DNA of 62,681 bases, the filler included, from Choristocarpus tenellus KU-1152 (lineage: Eukaryota > Protista > Phaeophyceae), in the NCBI GenBank assembly GCA_964200185.2. It is 8 parts of 8 records of this genome, joined end to end, with 100 filler letters (N's around TTAATTAATTAA, not from the genome) between each part and the next. Parts side by side here need not be neighbours in the genome. Positions count along the whole stretch, not along the records: positions 1 to 18,659 come from CAXNAD020000528.1; positions 18,760 to 22,141 come from CAXNAD020020411.1; positions 22,242 to 25,695 come from CAXNAD020019927.1; positions 25,796 to 28,972 come from CAXNAD020021758.1; 4 more parts are not named here. The stretch is one strand, 5' to 3'. Positions 14,201 to 26,584 of this stretch are shown here, in pieces. Below the pieces are notes generated by a model. That model had not been told where the DNA came from, ran no database searches, and saw only the letters and a program-made list of their open reading frames with translations. Position numbers and translations under genes: made by a program. Positions within the stretch are counted from its first letter, which is position 1, and each line of letters begins with the position of its first letter.

Positions 14201-17200
14201 AGGCAAGCTATTTGTTCTGTCACGGTACTAGTGAGGTATATTGAGACCCAGAAGGTAGAGAGGGTAGAAAAACATTGCCTATGCAAGACACGGTTGGCTT
14301 TTATCGGTGCTGAGGGACCATAACTTCTATGCCCCTTTTGACTTCATTGCTTCAGCTAACAGGCAGCATATTCGATCGAATTCTCTCAACTATTTTCGTT
14401 CTTGGATTATTCACGATACTAGCCAACCCCAATTTCGTCATCAACACGTACATAAGCCCATATCTTGCTGAAGACACACTCAGCTGCACCTCCTCTATAG
14501 TAGCCTGATCCATGTATTCAACTCCTCCCTCTCACTTCCTATGTTGAATATATTTAATATTGGCATCTTGGCACAGACCCTTACCGGAAATTCTGATCAA
14601 TTTCAACCCACATGAACTAGATTTACAACAAGGTGGCCCGCACATTGGTTGCTTTTGAGTACCTGTGGTACCAGGCTTGGGTGCAGAGCATTGAACAAGC
14701 CAAGGCGGGGTTGCAGGTAAGATTCTCAAAGAGAGACTCCCTTCTTGAGCATGGCTTAGGAATGTAAGACTTTCATGAATGAATAATCTCACTGCAGATC
14801 AGGGAATAACTTTTCTTACTGCCATTTCGTTTCAATTTTTTTCTACTGCACTAAGAGGCTCAAACTGTGTGTGTGTGTGGGGGGGGTCTACACCAGCGTG
14901 TCTATTGGGGCCCTGACCAGGAGGAGTGAACTGATATTATGCATCCAACGCACGCAACCAAATTCACCCAAAAATCGCGACATGGAAAAATGGACCCCTA
15001 ATGGACAGTCGCCACCCCCCCTAGATACTTTCACCCAGAAAGGGGGGGAAAAATTGAGGATAATTAATGGACACATTTTCTAATGGTTGGAGATCAGAGC
15101 CGCTAATTAAGTCTGAATACTGGACCGACTCAACAGTAAGTCACATCCAAAGTGCCAAAAAATGAGTCAAAGTATCTTAGGAGGTAGAGCCACGTCCGTT
15201 TGCGGGCCAAAATCCATTGTTGCGATTCTGATATAATTTTGGCTATCATGTTTGTTAGGAAGTGTCAATATCCTTGTTCCGGACGCACCTTTTGATAGTT
15301 TTATGCAAGAAACCTACTCCAAAGCGTACACTTTTTACCTGTTTCGGAATAGGAAAATGTCATTATAAAACCCGTGGGAAGTCAAGCCCGGACAAACTGG
15401 AAAAAACTCATACCCACTAAGATGCTTTCACTCAATACCAGCCAATCTATGGCTCCCTCCGTCTCTTTTCCCCTCTGAATCGCAACATAGGCGACTCTGA
15501 TCATTAGGCACCCAGACGACGGCAAACTGTACGTCAATTTCGACCAGGAGATACTGCAGCTCATCCGGGAGGCCAAGTGCCTTGATAGAATGGGCATAGA
15601 AATTCTGGAGTCAGCAAAGATTGCCCTCTTCCAGGTATAGGCAGGCAGGATGAGCTGAGCAGGAATTAGAATCTCTCTCTGTCAATTTTCCTTGTCCTAT
15701 TATTCCATTGCCTTGCACAATAGGGTTGTACACAAGGACAGCGCATCAGCTTCTCCACCCCTATACTGAACATTGGAAGTCTGTTGTAGCCTCTACTTGG
15801 GATTGGGGGACTTGTTGGTGACATTGTAAATTGGAGCAAATCTGGAGTGCCTAGGATACCGTAACATACCTTCTCGTGAAAGAGTTATGAAATTGAATAT
15901 GTACAGAAGGTGTTTTCTGTAATTATCTTGAAGGAAATGTCTTACCCTATTCAAAAGAGCATTGTATAGAAGGCTGGGTAAGAAGAATATCAATTCCATT
16001 ACACCTTCATGTCTCCACCAACCCATTCATTACTATGATCTCCTATATTACCTTGCCCTTGTCCTGACCCTGTTCCCCATGCGACATCAACTCACATATC
16101 CATCATGAAACACCCGATATGCCTCACACCACATGTTCTTCCCTACTGGGGTTGAAAATACCAGGAGGTCAAATTCAAGAGTTACTACGATGATCTACAC
16201 TGGGCATTAAGAGAGTATGACCGTGTGGTTACAGAGGTGATACCAGTAACAGCTATGGTCTTGCGACCACATTTCAATGATATGGAGTACAAGCTTCGCC
16301 CCGGAATGATCACACTCACCTGGACCAGTATGAACATCGACACATACAAGGGTCAGGTGAGACTGCTTGTTCCGACAGGCGAAGTCATGAGTAACATGCC
16401 CTATCGCACGCACATTGAATCTGAAGATGCATGTGTTTGTGAGTAGAACAATGCTCTCTATTGGCATACGGTTCCAGAAAGTGGGTGACTGGCTGAACAG
16501 CCCATTGCACTTTTTCTTCGCAATGTAGTGGATGTACTCTAAAGTGTGCAGTTCTACACTTTATCCTTCACAAGGTTTTATACCCTTTGGTTTGAAACTC
16601 AGCCTGGATATGATTTAAATGTCTATGACCCTTGTCCTTCTTCTGTATTATGATGTCAAGTTGGAGAATATGGACTCTGCTTTTGACCCTATGGTAATCG
16701 TTCCACACAATCTGTCAATGCTTACCTCTCCTAACCAGTACATTAGCCCTCTGATGTTTGTACCTTGGAACAGGGATATCGGGTATTGTAGTGCTCTTGG
16801 GCGTTAGGACTGTGAACGATTTGTACTCTCTATTTTTTCTCCCTAGAGTTTTCATACTGAGTTTTCTTTTGACAACCATTATTGAGTGTGGGACGGGGTG
16901 GGATATAAGACTTCGACAACAATACAGAGCATGCTCACATAGCATTATGATCGGAGAGTGTCTTCCTTTCTACTACTACCTTCATAACACTCCCGATACT
17001 GTATCTATTTAAATTGACAATCTACCATAAGACAAGCCAATCGTAAGGTTGTCAGCTTCCTGGATATATCCTGATCCCCCCACCCCTATTCCTATACAGG
17101 TGCACCATGGTTTACAGAAGCTAGAAGAACTTGTGTCAAACATCAATGACATAATCGAGAACAGGTGAGCGTGAGCATAATCAAGACCAAAACCTCTAGG

Positions 17201-18434
17201 CGGGTCTTGTGGATATGGTAGCGGTGGAAGAGTGATCTAAATCTGAAGAATGCTTTTCTTTCCCAGATATCTTTGACATGAATATGGTATTGATTCGGAA
17301 GTACATACAGTATTTCATGACAATCCAAGGTGCAGCAATAAATCAATAACGATGTACAGAAAGACCTCCCACTCAGTGTATGTTGGCTCTGCCTTTTCCA
17401 ACAGGCCAGTTTCTCAGGGTTAAATATGTGATACGATGGAGTAATCGCATCATTGACCAACACCAAGTAAACGTGTGGGTGGGCCTACTTCATGTTAATC
17501 GTTGTTGCCCGAATAATCTAGATGATGCTGGTCAGTCCATTTCTGCTCATCTATCCACTTATCCCTTTCCTATTCCACCAGATTTCTCCCGTCCAGGGGT
17601 GATCAGTAGAATTTGTTTTACCGTTGGTCACTCATTCAAGAAATATAAGTAAGAATGCACGGCTCTGTCCTCTCACCCCTGAACCAGGATCGAGAAAAAC
17701 CTAAAGATTGTCAGCAAAACATTGCTTGTGGACCTCCCGGATGATCAGAGCTTTACTGTCCAAGAATTTGTGGATATGCAGCACAAACATATCCTGGCCC
17801 GCTCCAAGTTGCTCCAGGTGAAACCAATAGTTGTTGAGGTAGACGGACGATATTCGAATGCAGGATTTCCATGAAAATACTGCCAAACGAGCTCGAAGTA
17901 TAAGTGGGGGGAATCAAACTGAGTGGGACAAGACAGTAATGCCCATTTTCAATTGGCATTAGTTCGTATTCCTCACAGCTACTACCACTCTTGAAGGATT
18001 GCACAATTTTTGAGGAGTCAACTTCGTTACGGTGATTGGGAAATTTAGAGAAGGGGATGAGTGCAAATGGAAATTAGTGCAATGCAGTTGGATGGAGTGA
18101 GTGAGAAGGGATCACATCATATGGCGGTGAGACCCCTGCTGCTCTACTTTGTAAGGAATTTTTTCACCCTCCTTTGGATATGAGCTCCATTTGTGAGTCC
18201 CACGACAACAGAACAATTTGCCAATGACACGTTCAATAGTGCTTGTCCCTGTCCATTTCCATCCTTCCCCATCTCCACCCAATGCACCTTCAGGGTAAGA
18301 ATGTGGAAATACTCCATGCAGTGCAAGACTTGATTAAAATAATTCGTGCGCATCCACTGGATGATCATTTGGAACATGTGAATGAGGAGGAGGTAGCCAA
18401 GCTTAAGAAGCACTACAACCACTTCATGTATCAG
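2207..18434 (+). CDS. ODA2: Axonemal outer-arm dynein gamma-type heavy chain (ODA2/DNAH5/8-like), 5' portion only (N-terminal tail, DHC_N1); truncated by contig end
   Basis: 22 phase-consistent exons: 2207-2290, 2539-2646, 3120-3235, 4055-4190, 4676-4819, 5170-5264, 5945-6065, 6720-6818, 7731-7897, 9073-9190, 10190-10331, 11534-11622, 12289-12444, 13152-13286, 13718-13827, 14112-14202, 14621-14716, 15491-15634, 16165-16356, 17100-17164, 17688-17817, 18294-18434 (2679 nt, 893 codons, no stops). The protein starts MALTARHRWCMSKLVEAFG and carries dynein tail motifs GPKGELEYWRNRMQRL, TEAANEAKDNVKYLYTLE, YYNTTERMTGLF, PRNLPPVAGNITWSR, YNKVARTLVAFEYLWYQAW, VNFDQEILQLIREAK and PGMITLTWTSMNID. Confidence 0.93.
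6269..6532 (+). mobile_element. Family-A MITE (264 bp) in a dynein intron
   Basis: GAGTC-AAAGTATCTTGGAGGGT ... ACCCTCTAAGATAATTT-CACTC, flanked by TTT/TTT. Confidence 0.85.
6940..7197 (+). mobile_element. Family-A MITE (258 bp) in a dynein intron
   Basis: GAGCC-AAAGTATCTTAGAGGGT ... ACCCTCTAAGATACTTT-CAGTC, flanked by TGAA/TGAA. Confidence 0.85.
8202..8462 (-). mobile_element. Family-A MITE (261 bp), inverted orientation
   Basis: GAGTG-GAAGTATCTTAGGG ... ACCCTCTAAGATACTTT-GAGTC, flanked by TGCT/CGCT; the internal sequence is the reverse complement of the 6269 and 6940 copies. Confidence 0.85.
14857..15036 (+). mobile_element. Family-B MITE (180 bp) in a dynein intron
   Basis: GGCTC-AAA..(TG)n poly-G ... 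CCCCTAGATACTTT-CACCC, flanked by AGA/AGA. Confidence 0.8.
15164..15433 (+). mobile_element. Family-A MITE (270 bp) in a dynein intron
   Basis: GAGTC-AAAGTATCTTAGG ... CCCACTAAGATGCTTT-CACTC, flanked by AAT/AAT. Confidence 0.85.
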
Positions 18435-18539
18435 GTGTAATATGTTGGCAAAGGGCAGCAGGTCAACTAGTTGGGGATATCAAGTATAGCAAAGTGAGCT
18501 TGAGATGAGCAGGTGTTGGCTCCGGAACAATATATCAAT

Positions 18540-18659
18540 TGCTCAAAGTATCTTGGGAGGGTGCCGCTGTCCATTTGGAGTCAATTTTGTGTGATTTGGT
18601 TGCATATGTCTGATGGATAATGAAAATGCACTTTTCCTGATTTTGACCCAAATGGACAC
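18540..18659 (-). mobile_element. Family-B MITE, truncated by contig end
   Basis: TGCTC-AAAGTATCTTGGGAGGG, tgtccatttgg ... ccaaatggacac; reverse complement of the family-B body. Confidence 0.75.
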
Positions 18660-18759
18660 NNNNNNNNNNNNNNNNNNNNNNNNNNNNNNNNNNNNNNNNN
18701 NNNTTAATTAATTAANNNNNNNNNNNNNNNNNNNNNNNNNNNNNNNNNNNNNNNNNNNN
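18660..18759. other. Artificial contig-joining spacer
   Basis: N44-TTAATTAATTAA-N44 (stops in all frames). Identical spacers lie at 22142-22241, 25696-25795, 28973-29072, 34264-34363, 38072-38171 and 58597-58696. Confidence 0.98.
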
Positions 18760-18782
18760 CACCCTCTAAGATACTTTCACTC

Positions 18783-19430
18783 ATGAGGCAAAGGATCTGC
18801 GGACACCTGACGGTGTGTGCACACATGGGCAAAGCTGGACATCGTTGCAGGGCAGCAATGGTGCAGCGACTGAAGAGGTTGTGGCTCTATGTAGACAAGG
18901 AGCTTTAAGCAAGCATTCCAGTACATGCAGAACCAGAGGGAATTTGAAATGTCTGACATTCTGGCAGTGCACAGGGTAGAAGGGTATGAATACCAGGTTT
19001 TGGTGGATTGGTTGGGGTTCAGTGAAAATGAGAGAACATGGGAGGTACTCTCTTCCATTTTTGAGGATGCCCCTGTCTTTCTATGCAAACAGTTGAAGAA
19101 GCTGAAGTTGCATGCTCAAGTGCGCAATGCAATTAGGCGGCAGTACAAGGTTGACATTTGAGTGAGATATTGTATGTTGTTCTTTGTCGAGCTGGCAGAT
19201 TTGCTACTATTTGTAGCATGCTTGGCTCTGGGGGTGTTGTAGACACAACATGGAGGGTTTTCCTAACATAGCTGAGGCGTCTGCATTATTTGATGTTTGG
19301 AGCATATTTGGTCCTTGACAGGACCTATGCTCCACTCCTTCAACAAATAACAGAGCTATCAGCCCCAACTTGGAGTGGAGTCCTTACAAGCCATCATAGA
19401 TCAGTCCTGTGACTGAACTGTCAGTTCACA
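18783..19430 (+). mobile_element. 3' end of a chromodomain-bearing Ty3/Gypsy-like LTR retrotransposon (relic)
   Basis: ORF 18925-19161 encodes a chromodomain (FEMSDILAVHRVEGYEYQVLVDWLGFSENERTWEVLSSIFEDAP). It is followed by a G-rich PPT-like tract (about 19230-19236) and a TG...CA-bounded putative LTR at about 19238-19430. Confidence 0.65.
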
Positions 19431-19749
19431 CAGAAAACCGAAATCGGGAATAAAAAAAAGTGGCAAGCCAAGCCTCGAACGGACAAACAGGTAAAACTCC
19501 TACATGATTTGGGTTGAAGGCTGAGAAGGCGGGCAAGCTCCCCCCGAATGCCCCACTGGATGCTGCGAAATACCGTGCTGGAACAGAGTTTTGGAAGGCT
19601 TTGGGGGGGGAATCATAGATTGGTGTAGGCTGCACCATTTTGCTTGATGTTTTGGTGGGCAACCTTTTAGTTTCTGCACAATGCACCAATAAAATGTGAA
19701 CACGTGAAGGAAATCTTTCTTCTTCATTGGGGCTGCAAACTTATCTCAC

Positions 19750-21700
19750 ATTTCATTCCGAACGGAGGAAGTATGATATGTTATGATATGATAATATAAA
19801 AATGTTGGGCAAATGGGAAATTTTCTTCCACGGTTCTTCAAAGTTCAACATTCTCTCCATTGCAGAGGAACCACAACGCCAAAGAATGTGTAGATGGAAT
19901 GAACGGGTAGGTTTGGGATTCTTTCGTGTGGCTGTAGCTGACAAATTTCACAACAGGTAGGATATTAAATTCGTCAGTCACACACAAATGTGGACATTGT
20001 CCCTGTGACTGTTCTGATGGATGGTGTTAATATAGACGATGTGGGCTTTAGAGGGTTGGAGAATCAGAAATCACATAACATCCAGTTCTATAGTTCTGCT
20101 TATCATCAAGTTAGATGAGGTTTGGCAAGTCACCAGACAATGTACTTGATTTCACAAGTGAAAGCAGCAATGGCAAAGAAGAGAATGGTGACACGGGGGA
20201 CGAGGAAACCTAACCCTAACCCTAAGACGAGGTGTGTGTTGGTAGTAGATCCTGGGGCACAGATTGAAACCACCAGCACATGACCAGTGGATGCAGATGG
20301 ACGTGGTGGAGGAGCTTGTACTCCCCTCAAATGGTAGAAGGTGAAGGAGGAGGTGCTTCAAGAGTTGGGTAAATTGGTACGGAAATATTTGCCTATATAG
20401 ACTGCTTGAGCTGCATCTAGTATCTGTTTCTACTCTGCTACCAACAGAGCAACTGCGTAGCACCACTGGGGGTGTAATTGATGACACTGCGGTGCTACGT
20501 TCTAGCTGGAATGTCTTTGATGCCCAAGTGTGGAATACGTAGGTAGCAGGAAATCATAGTGATGATAGAGACAAAACGAAGAACTCTACATAGGAGTTTT
20601 CTTGACACCTGTGACTGGAGGTCCTCTATTTAGATGGGTTTAGGGTGGAACGCAAAATGATGTGATGTACTCTCTTTGTTTGATAGCTTATGGGGTTCCT
20701 CTTGCTCACGTCACCCCAGTAGACACTGGCATGACTGCTGGCCCTCTTTTTTTAGTAACACACTCCGAGCATATCTACATTTAAATATGTTGCATATTCT
20801 CTGGAATAATATCAATAATACATGTTTTTTGGTCCATGTTGACCCACATCTTGTACTCGAAGAACAAGCGATAGCTTATTCCTTTCCATTGAAATAAGCA
20901 CATACCACCACCATGTATAGTGAGAAGTGGAGACGAGGGAGGATGAAATTTTGTCATTTTTGACCCCAATTTCGAACCACTATCAAACTTAAATTTCTCA
21001 TTGTATGATATTATTGATAGTTGATATTGGATCAAAGATCAAGAAATGGTGAAGTTTATGAAGTAATCAGTGTTTTGTGAACAGGAGAATCGGTAGAAAG
21101 GAATGCGTATGGTAAGCTGAGTGTTGGGATGGGTAAAAAGGAAACGATTGGAAAGTGGACGAAAAGTTAACTACTGAGTAGCGAGGAGGCATAAGATGTA
21201 GGAGGAAAGTTGAAGAAATGAATGGTAGGTGGAGGCACAAGGTAGGAAGGAACGTGGCAGAACAAAAGCAAAACTAAGGGTGACGGTGCAGGACAAGCGG
21301 GGCAAGACCAAGGCAACCTTCGAGCAATCTTCCCCACCCACTTTCAAACTTGATTGCTCACGATCAAGTGGGATGCTGAGGAAGGGAGAGAGAGGTCGAG
21401 TTCGGGCGGGGTAGATATCTTCTAGTTCAAAGGCACGGTATTGAAGAGGATGGTGGAGGGGTGTTCTTGGATATATGCGGGGTGTTCTGGAGTGGTATCG
21501 AGTGGTGTAGTGTAGTGGAAAGTGGTGGAAAGTGTTGTGGAGAAAGGTGGATGGATTAGCAGAAATTGGTCGCATTGGTTGGTGACTGGAAACTGGTGGC
21601 GAAGGTTGATCATACTGGTTGGTCATCAGATATGATGTGTGACTGGAAACCAGTTGCGAAGATTGGTCGCAATAGTTGGTCGCCAGTGGTGTTACAATGG
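19750..21700 (-). mobile_element. Heavily decayed LTR-retrotransposon gag-region relic (possibly Copia-like)
   Basis: The minus strand shows a degenerate zinc-knuckle-like segment (AFTCEIKYIVW, about 20130-20170), followed by CEICQL (about 19935-19955) resembling the gag-pre-integrase CxxC. Many stops; strong purine skew. Confidence 0.3.
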
Positions 21701-22993
21701 TGGAGGAGGAGTAGAATGGATGAAATGCTAAGACAAGGCTAACTAACTAACAATCCAGGATCGTGACCAAACCAAAATTCGATCTTTTTGAATGATGTAT
21801 CAGAAATATTTCTATCCAAAATTACAATTTTTGTTTTGAGGCTATCTCTTGTGCGGGACCAATCTTTTTCAAAAAGAGCGTTTCAATATTATATTTAGGA
21901 AAATCAAAAACAGCAAGAAATGGGTGATAGTGTTATTTGATTCCATCTCGCCCATTTTTGTTGTGGTCGATTTTCTTCTTAATAATAAGTTTGGAAAGAA
22001 AATTACCCCAAGCTTGGTTTAGGATAGGACATGGATGGCTTGACGTATCAAATAAAATTTGTTATTTGTGGAAAGCATGTTTGTCTGTTATTATACCGTA
22101 TTGCTCGTATGCCATATACCGTTATACCGTGGTACCGATTANNNNNNNNNNNNNNNNNNNNNNNNNNNNNNNNNNNNNNNNNNNNTTAATTAATTAANNN
22201 NNNNNNNNNNNNNNNNNNNNNNNNNNNNNNNNNNNNNNNNNCCCCCGAGATACTCTGACCCCTGGTGATAAAAAAAGTAAGATTGCCACAGAGGGCAAAG
22301 TTACTGGTACCATCTTACGTATATCAGGATTCTAAGGGGATAGGTTTCATAGGATTGACAGGTAAAAACAATAGCATGAATATGAAGACAACAAAATATC
22401 CCTATAAACATAAATGCTCCCTTTATACAGACAATGCACCCTATTGCATGCTGTATTGCGAATCGATCAAAGGTACTACTATAGCTTGATTGATGCGTTA
22501 GGACGTTAGCTTCCATTCCATAAATATTTCATAGAATGAATTGATCTATGGCAGATTCTACAGTGGTTTGAATCCCTCTAATCTACTTTGTAAACGAGAG
22601 CGAGCTCTGCAAAAAATGGAATATGATATTGGACCGGTGGTCTGTGGACTATCATTGACGGAGATTGATTGACTGGTGGGACTCTTCCATAGCTTATACA
22701 CCGCCTTTTATAACCCCTGTGTAGGAACAGAAGTTCCTGGTATCATTATAAAGTTAGTTGCGTATATTATCACCATTCAGAACAATTGTCACAATGTGTA
22801 CACTCACCAAAGACATAACTCCGACGACGAATTGACCAGAGTAGGACCCCTCCCCGAACTTTCCACATTGATCTTGACCTGGCGTTTTTGCGGTACTGGT
22901 ACAATTTGAATAGTATAGTTGTGCGTAAGTATAACCTATGAAACTTGACTCACAGAAAGGATAATAGAAACCAGATTATATTGAAAATAAGTC

Positions 22994-23064
22994 TGTCGTC
23001 GAAGGGGTTCGAACCATCTATATCGATTCAGATAGTCACCTAACTATATTGACTAATAACAACC
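22994..23064 (-). repeat. tRNA-like (SINE head or tRNA pseudogene) element
   Basis: Minus strand has a B-box GGTTCGAACC, an A-box-like TAGTCAATATAG, and GTTGTT/GACGAC acceptor-stem pairing; there is no valid anticodon arm. Confidence 0.35.
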
Positions 23065-23179
23065 TGGGTGCCATAGCACCCACCACCACTGTCTGTAGTG
23101 CCACAACAGATAGCCCTGCAATGTCTGCTGCTCTACTTAACACTACAACATAGAGACCAATTCGGTACCCTCACGACTC

Positions 23180-23965
23180 ATGACAAAGTCAGTATTGAGG
23201 GCGTTGTATGTAGGCTTCACATTTGTGCCTCATTTAGCAGCCGCATTCACCATGATGCCTGGGCGTCGAGGACTTGCAACAACAGTGGGGAGAGCAACAC
23301 AGCCTGAGGAAGGAGAGTCCTCACCAGATCCAAGGCGCATATATATCCCCTTGGGTGGGGTGGACGACGGAGTGGGAGGGATTGATGGCTTCAACAGCTT
23401 TACGGAGGGTTTGGGTGTGGGCATATTTCCTAGCGACTTTGACGAGAAACCGGGAGACATTAAGCTGCGAGGGACGAAATTCGATGTTGGACAGCCTGAG
23501 GCGATTGTGGGTTTTTGGCAGCTGTTTTCCACGACATCTGGCAGCGATGTTAGCGACCGTATAATTCTCCGTGCCGATGGAAGAGTCGTTGGTGGACCTG
23601 CTGTCAGGAGAACGCCGACCGTGGGGTGGAGCGACCCCAATGGCCTCCGCCCTGTGGGGGGGCAATGGCGTGTGTATCCCGACAAGGAAACTGGCTTCTC
23701 GCGTCTACAGTTCACAATCATCTTGTCCTTCGAGAAGCAGGAGCGACTGGAACTCGATGGCTTGATAATGATGGTTGACACAGCGAATACAGAGGTAGGG
23801 AAGGTAGAACCACAGCCCCAAATCTTTGGGGATGTGGTGAAGAGGACCCGGTCACAGGGGACGGCGACAGTTGAGGGCACAGGCGACTTCAGCATGATCA
23901 AGGTACCTGCTGATGGGGGTAGGCTGGTTGGAACAGTAGGTTCGGTTCCACAGCGACTGTGGTGA
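23180..23965 (+). CDS. Intronless 261-aa protein of unknown function with predicted bipartite plastid-targeting presequence
   Basis: Clean ATG-to-TGA ORF with coding-like GC content. The hydrophobic N-terminus ends in AAA|F (ASAFAP-type motif), followed by an R/T-rich transit-like stretch (TMMPGRRGLATTVGRAT) and a beta-rich globular domain. Confidence 0.8.
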   Translation: MTKSVLRALYVGFTFVPHLAAAFTMMPGRRGLATTVGRATQPEEGESSPDPRRIYIPLGGVDDGVGGIDGFNSFTEGLGVGIFPSDFDEKPGDIKLRGTKFDVGQPEAIVGFWQLFSTTSGSDVSDRIILRADGRVVGGPAVRRTPTVGWSDPNGLRPVGGQWRVYPDKETGFSRLQFTIILSFEKQERLELDGLIMMVDTANTEVGKVEPQPQIFGDVVKRTRSQGTATVEGTGDFSMIKVPADGGRLVGTVGSVPQRLW

Positions 23966-26584
23966 TCTCAGGCACTAGAGCTCTATTGCACATGTCCAAA
24001 CAGTAAAGAATATACTTCTGTTTTCATGTATCGTTCTCTCTTTGAACTTTTGATAAACCTCTTGAGGGAAAACTTCCAAGCGACTGCCACCTATTTCCGC
24101 GACTCCTCTGATTCCATTCCCAAAGTCTTTGCTTTTGGAGGGAAAATAGACTCTAATGCTAATGTCTCGCCTTGTCACTACTGTATATCAAGCTGGAAGA
24201 GACCTTACCTCCTCAATAATGAGCAGTTTGGTCTCTGAAGTGATATACCAACTTGTACTCCTCTTGAGTCAAGTGCTCCTAGCGCACAGAGCGATTTCTC
24301 CTATGGCGATGACTGAAAAGACCTTGTGCAGGGCTTCGAAAATGTATTTCTGTACACTGCTGTAGGTATCAAGATGATATTGAGGACTCTTAGGAGAGTG
24401 TCATTTTCGTCCATGCTGTCAGTCATTCTCATCCTGGCCAAGTACTGTACCTACTGCTGAACTTCGTAGAAGTTTCAGGATACACTACTGAAGGGGATTG
24501 TTTTGTGTGTACAGGCATACTTGTGTGACTTGAATGGGAGGCTTTTGGCAATTGTGTGGGTTTGTGTACATATCCACTGTCTTGGTAGATATTTACGTAG
24601 TGATAATCACTTCAGAAGATGTATGCAGGATGGGATCTACGCACCCTTCTCTGTTGTAACCTATTGGTTTTCATCATTTATCCTCCTCATGTCCAGTAGT
24701 CACAGTCCCTCAGCATTGTGACCCATTTCCCCCAAAGCATTAAATACGCAGGACATACGTTTGCTTCGAAGAGTTCTTGGGGCACACTACCATGACCCTC
24801 GTAACATCAAAACTACTGCTGACAAATGGTTCTCTGTACTTCATTCAGATGAGAAGTGCGAGAATATAAGATCCACTGCAAGTACGACAATTCTGGGAAC
24901 TTTAAAAACAAGTTGAGATTATATCCCCTTGCTGCTGCTACGTATGAATGAGTCAACTTACTTTGTTGATACGGTTTCTACAGGTGTATTCTTTGGTGAT
25001 GTGCGAAGTGCAAAATATACTGAAGAATTTGTTAAGCAACGACATTGTCATACGTTGCAAGTGCACCATTTAGGTAGAACTCTCAGGGTTACAAACTCTA
25101 GTATACTGTGATATATTAACAGCTTTCACATGTCCTTTCTGTTCATGCCCATGACTACTGAATGAGGAGAAGGGTCAATATCTACCATAGGCATTTCTTT
25201 TTCAATACAGTCCTAGCGAGTACATTTATGTATTTCGTCTTTTCGATGAGGGGTCCCACATTAAACCGCACACCCCTTTAGGGTCAACTTGCATACAAAA
25301 AGGAACAGCTCTCATTCCTGCAGTAGTAGTAACAAGAAATGAAGTTTTTGAACTTATGACACTTGTATATTATTGAGCCCTGCGAGTTTTCCAGGTGAAA
25401 GTGCATGAGCGCTTCCAACTTCTCCGTGACACAAGTCAGAAAACAATTCAGAACATTGCCTCATTCTGCCCTAACACCATCACTTTTCTAAGGCACCGGG
25501 GCAGTTTTGTTGTCGGATTGCTATTTATGATCCGCAAGCAAGCTCAATGATCACAGACCTAGGATGTAATCGCTTGCTCATGAATTCCAGGGGCAGGATT
25601 ACACAAGGTGTTACTTCACATACCAGGAACACCACAGGCCCAACACCCCACCATGTGCTTCTTTAGGTGTTGAAGACCCAAATTATCTGAGGGGGNNNNN
25701 NNNNNNNNNNNNNNNNNNNNNNNNNNNNNNNNNNNNNNNTTAATTAATTAANNNNNNNNNNNNNNNNNNNNNNNNNNNNNNNNNNNNNNNNNNNNGGGGG
25801 GGGGTTGAGCTTTTTCTTTTAAGAGGTTCAAATAAGTGATCCTGCGCAGCCAGCATGCAAAAAGTTAACGTAAACAAATGCAGTTTAAAAAAATAAATGG
25901 GAGCAGTGCTCTCTGCTCCCACATTGAAAATAAAAACTTTGATTTGATCTCAATATAATATTATCGTTTTTATGTATCTTTTTCCATTGGACTGAAGTAT
26001 ATGTACTACTTCTTAGTATCAAAATTAAAGTAGAACAGATACTAAAATAGTATACACTCACAAGTATCATGATGGATATTTTTCAGCAGGACTACAGTAT
26101 ACCACAGCTCAGTGTACCTTTATTTGTCTGAGATATGAATCATACTAATAACATACACCATGCAGCATTTCATACAACCAGATCTCCAACATAACAACCC
26201 CCTCTACAGATTAAGAAACTATGTACAACACTCACAAAACACCCACTTTGATATATTACTATTGATTATACTACTATCACACAATACTACTACAATATCT
26301 TCAATTAATTTAATGCACACAAATAAAAATTACAAAATCTTACAGCAATACAACAAACTAATACAAACCACTGGAATCTCTTTTTCTAACACACACACAC
26401 ACACACACACTACCAAAACAAAAATCAAGCATGCCACAATACTAAACTACAAGACATTCACAAATCCACAACAATAATAAAAAAAATAGCAGTAACGATA
26501 ACACAACGATAGTATTCAGCAATAAAAAAAAAAGTACTCGAGATGCCACTACAAAACAAAAAATCAAAAAAACGCGGATCTCAC

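Noticed and set aside
6269-15433. MITEs as introner-like elements creating the dynein introns
   Set aside because: All copies lie inside introns, away from splice sites, and supply neither donor nor acceptor.
20209-20226. CCCTAA telomere-like repeats (also near 27915 and 62638)
   Set aside because: Only two or three units at internal positions; not a telomere.
21560-21690. Degenerate ~40-57-bp tandem repeats resembling a repeat-spacer array
   Set aside because: Two to three divergent units with no unique spacers of regular length and no cas genes; eukaryotic retroelement-like context, not CRISPR.
23230-23901. Long antisense ORF (223 aa), and similar antisense ORFs over 35314-36820 and 44000-57238
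   Set aside because: Shadows of GC-rich sense coding sequence; S/P-rich with no recognisable motifs.
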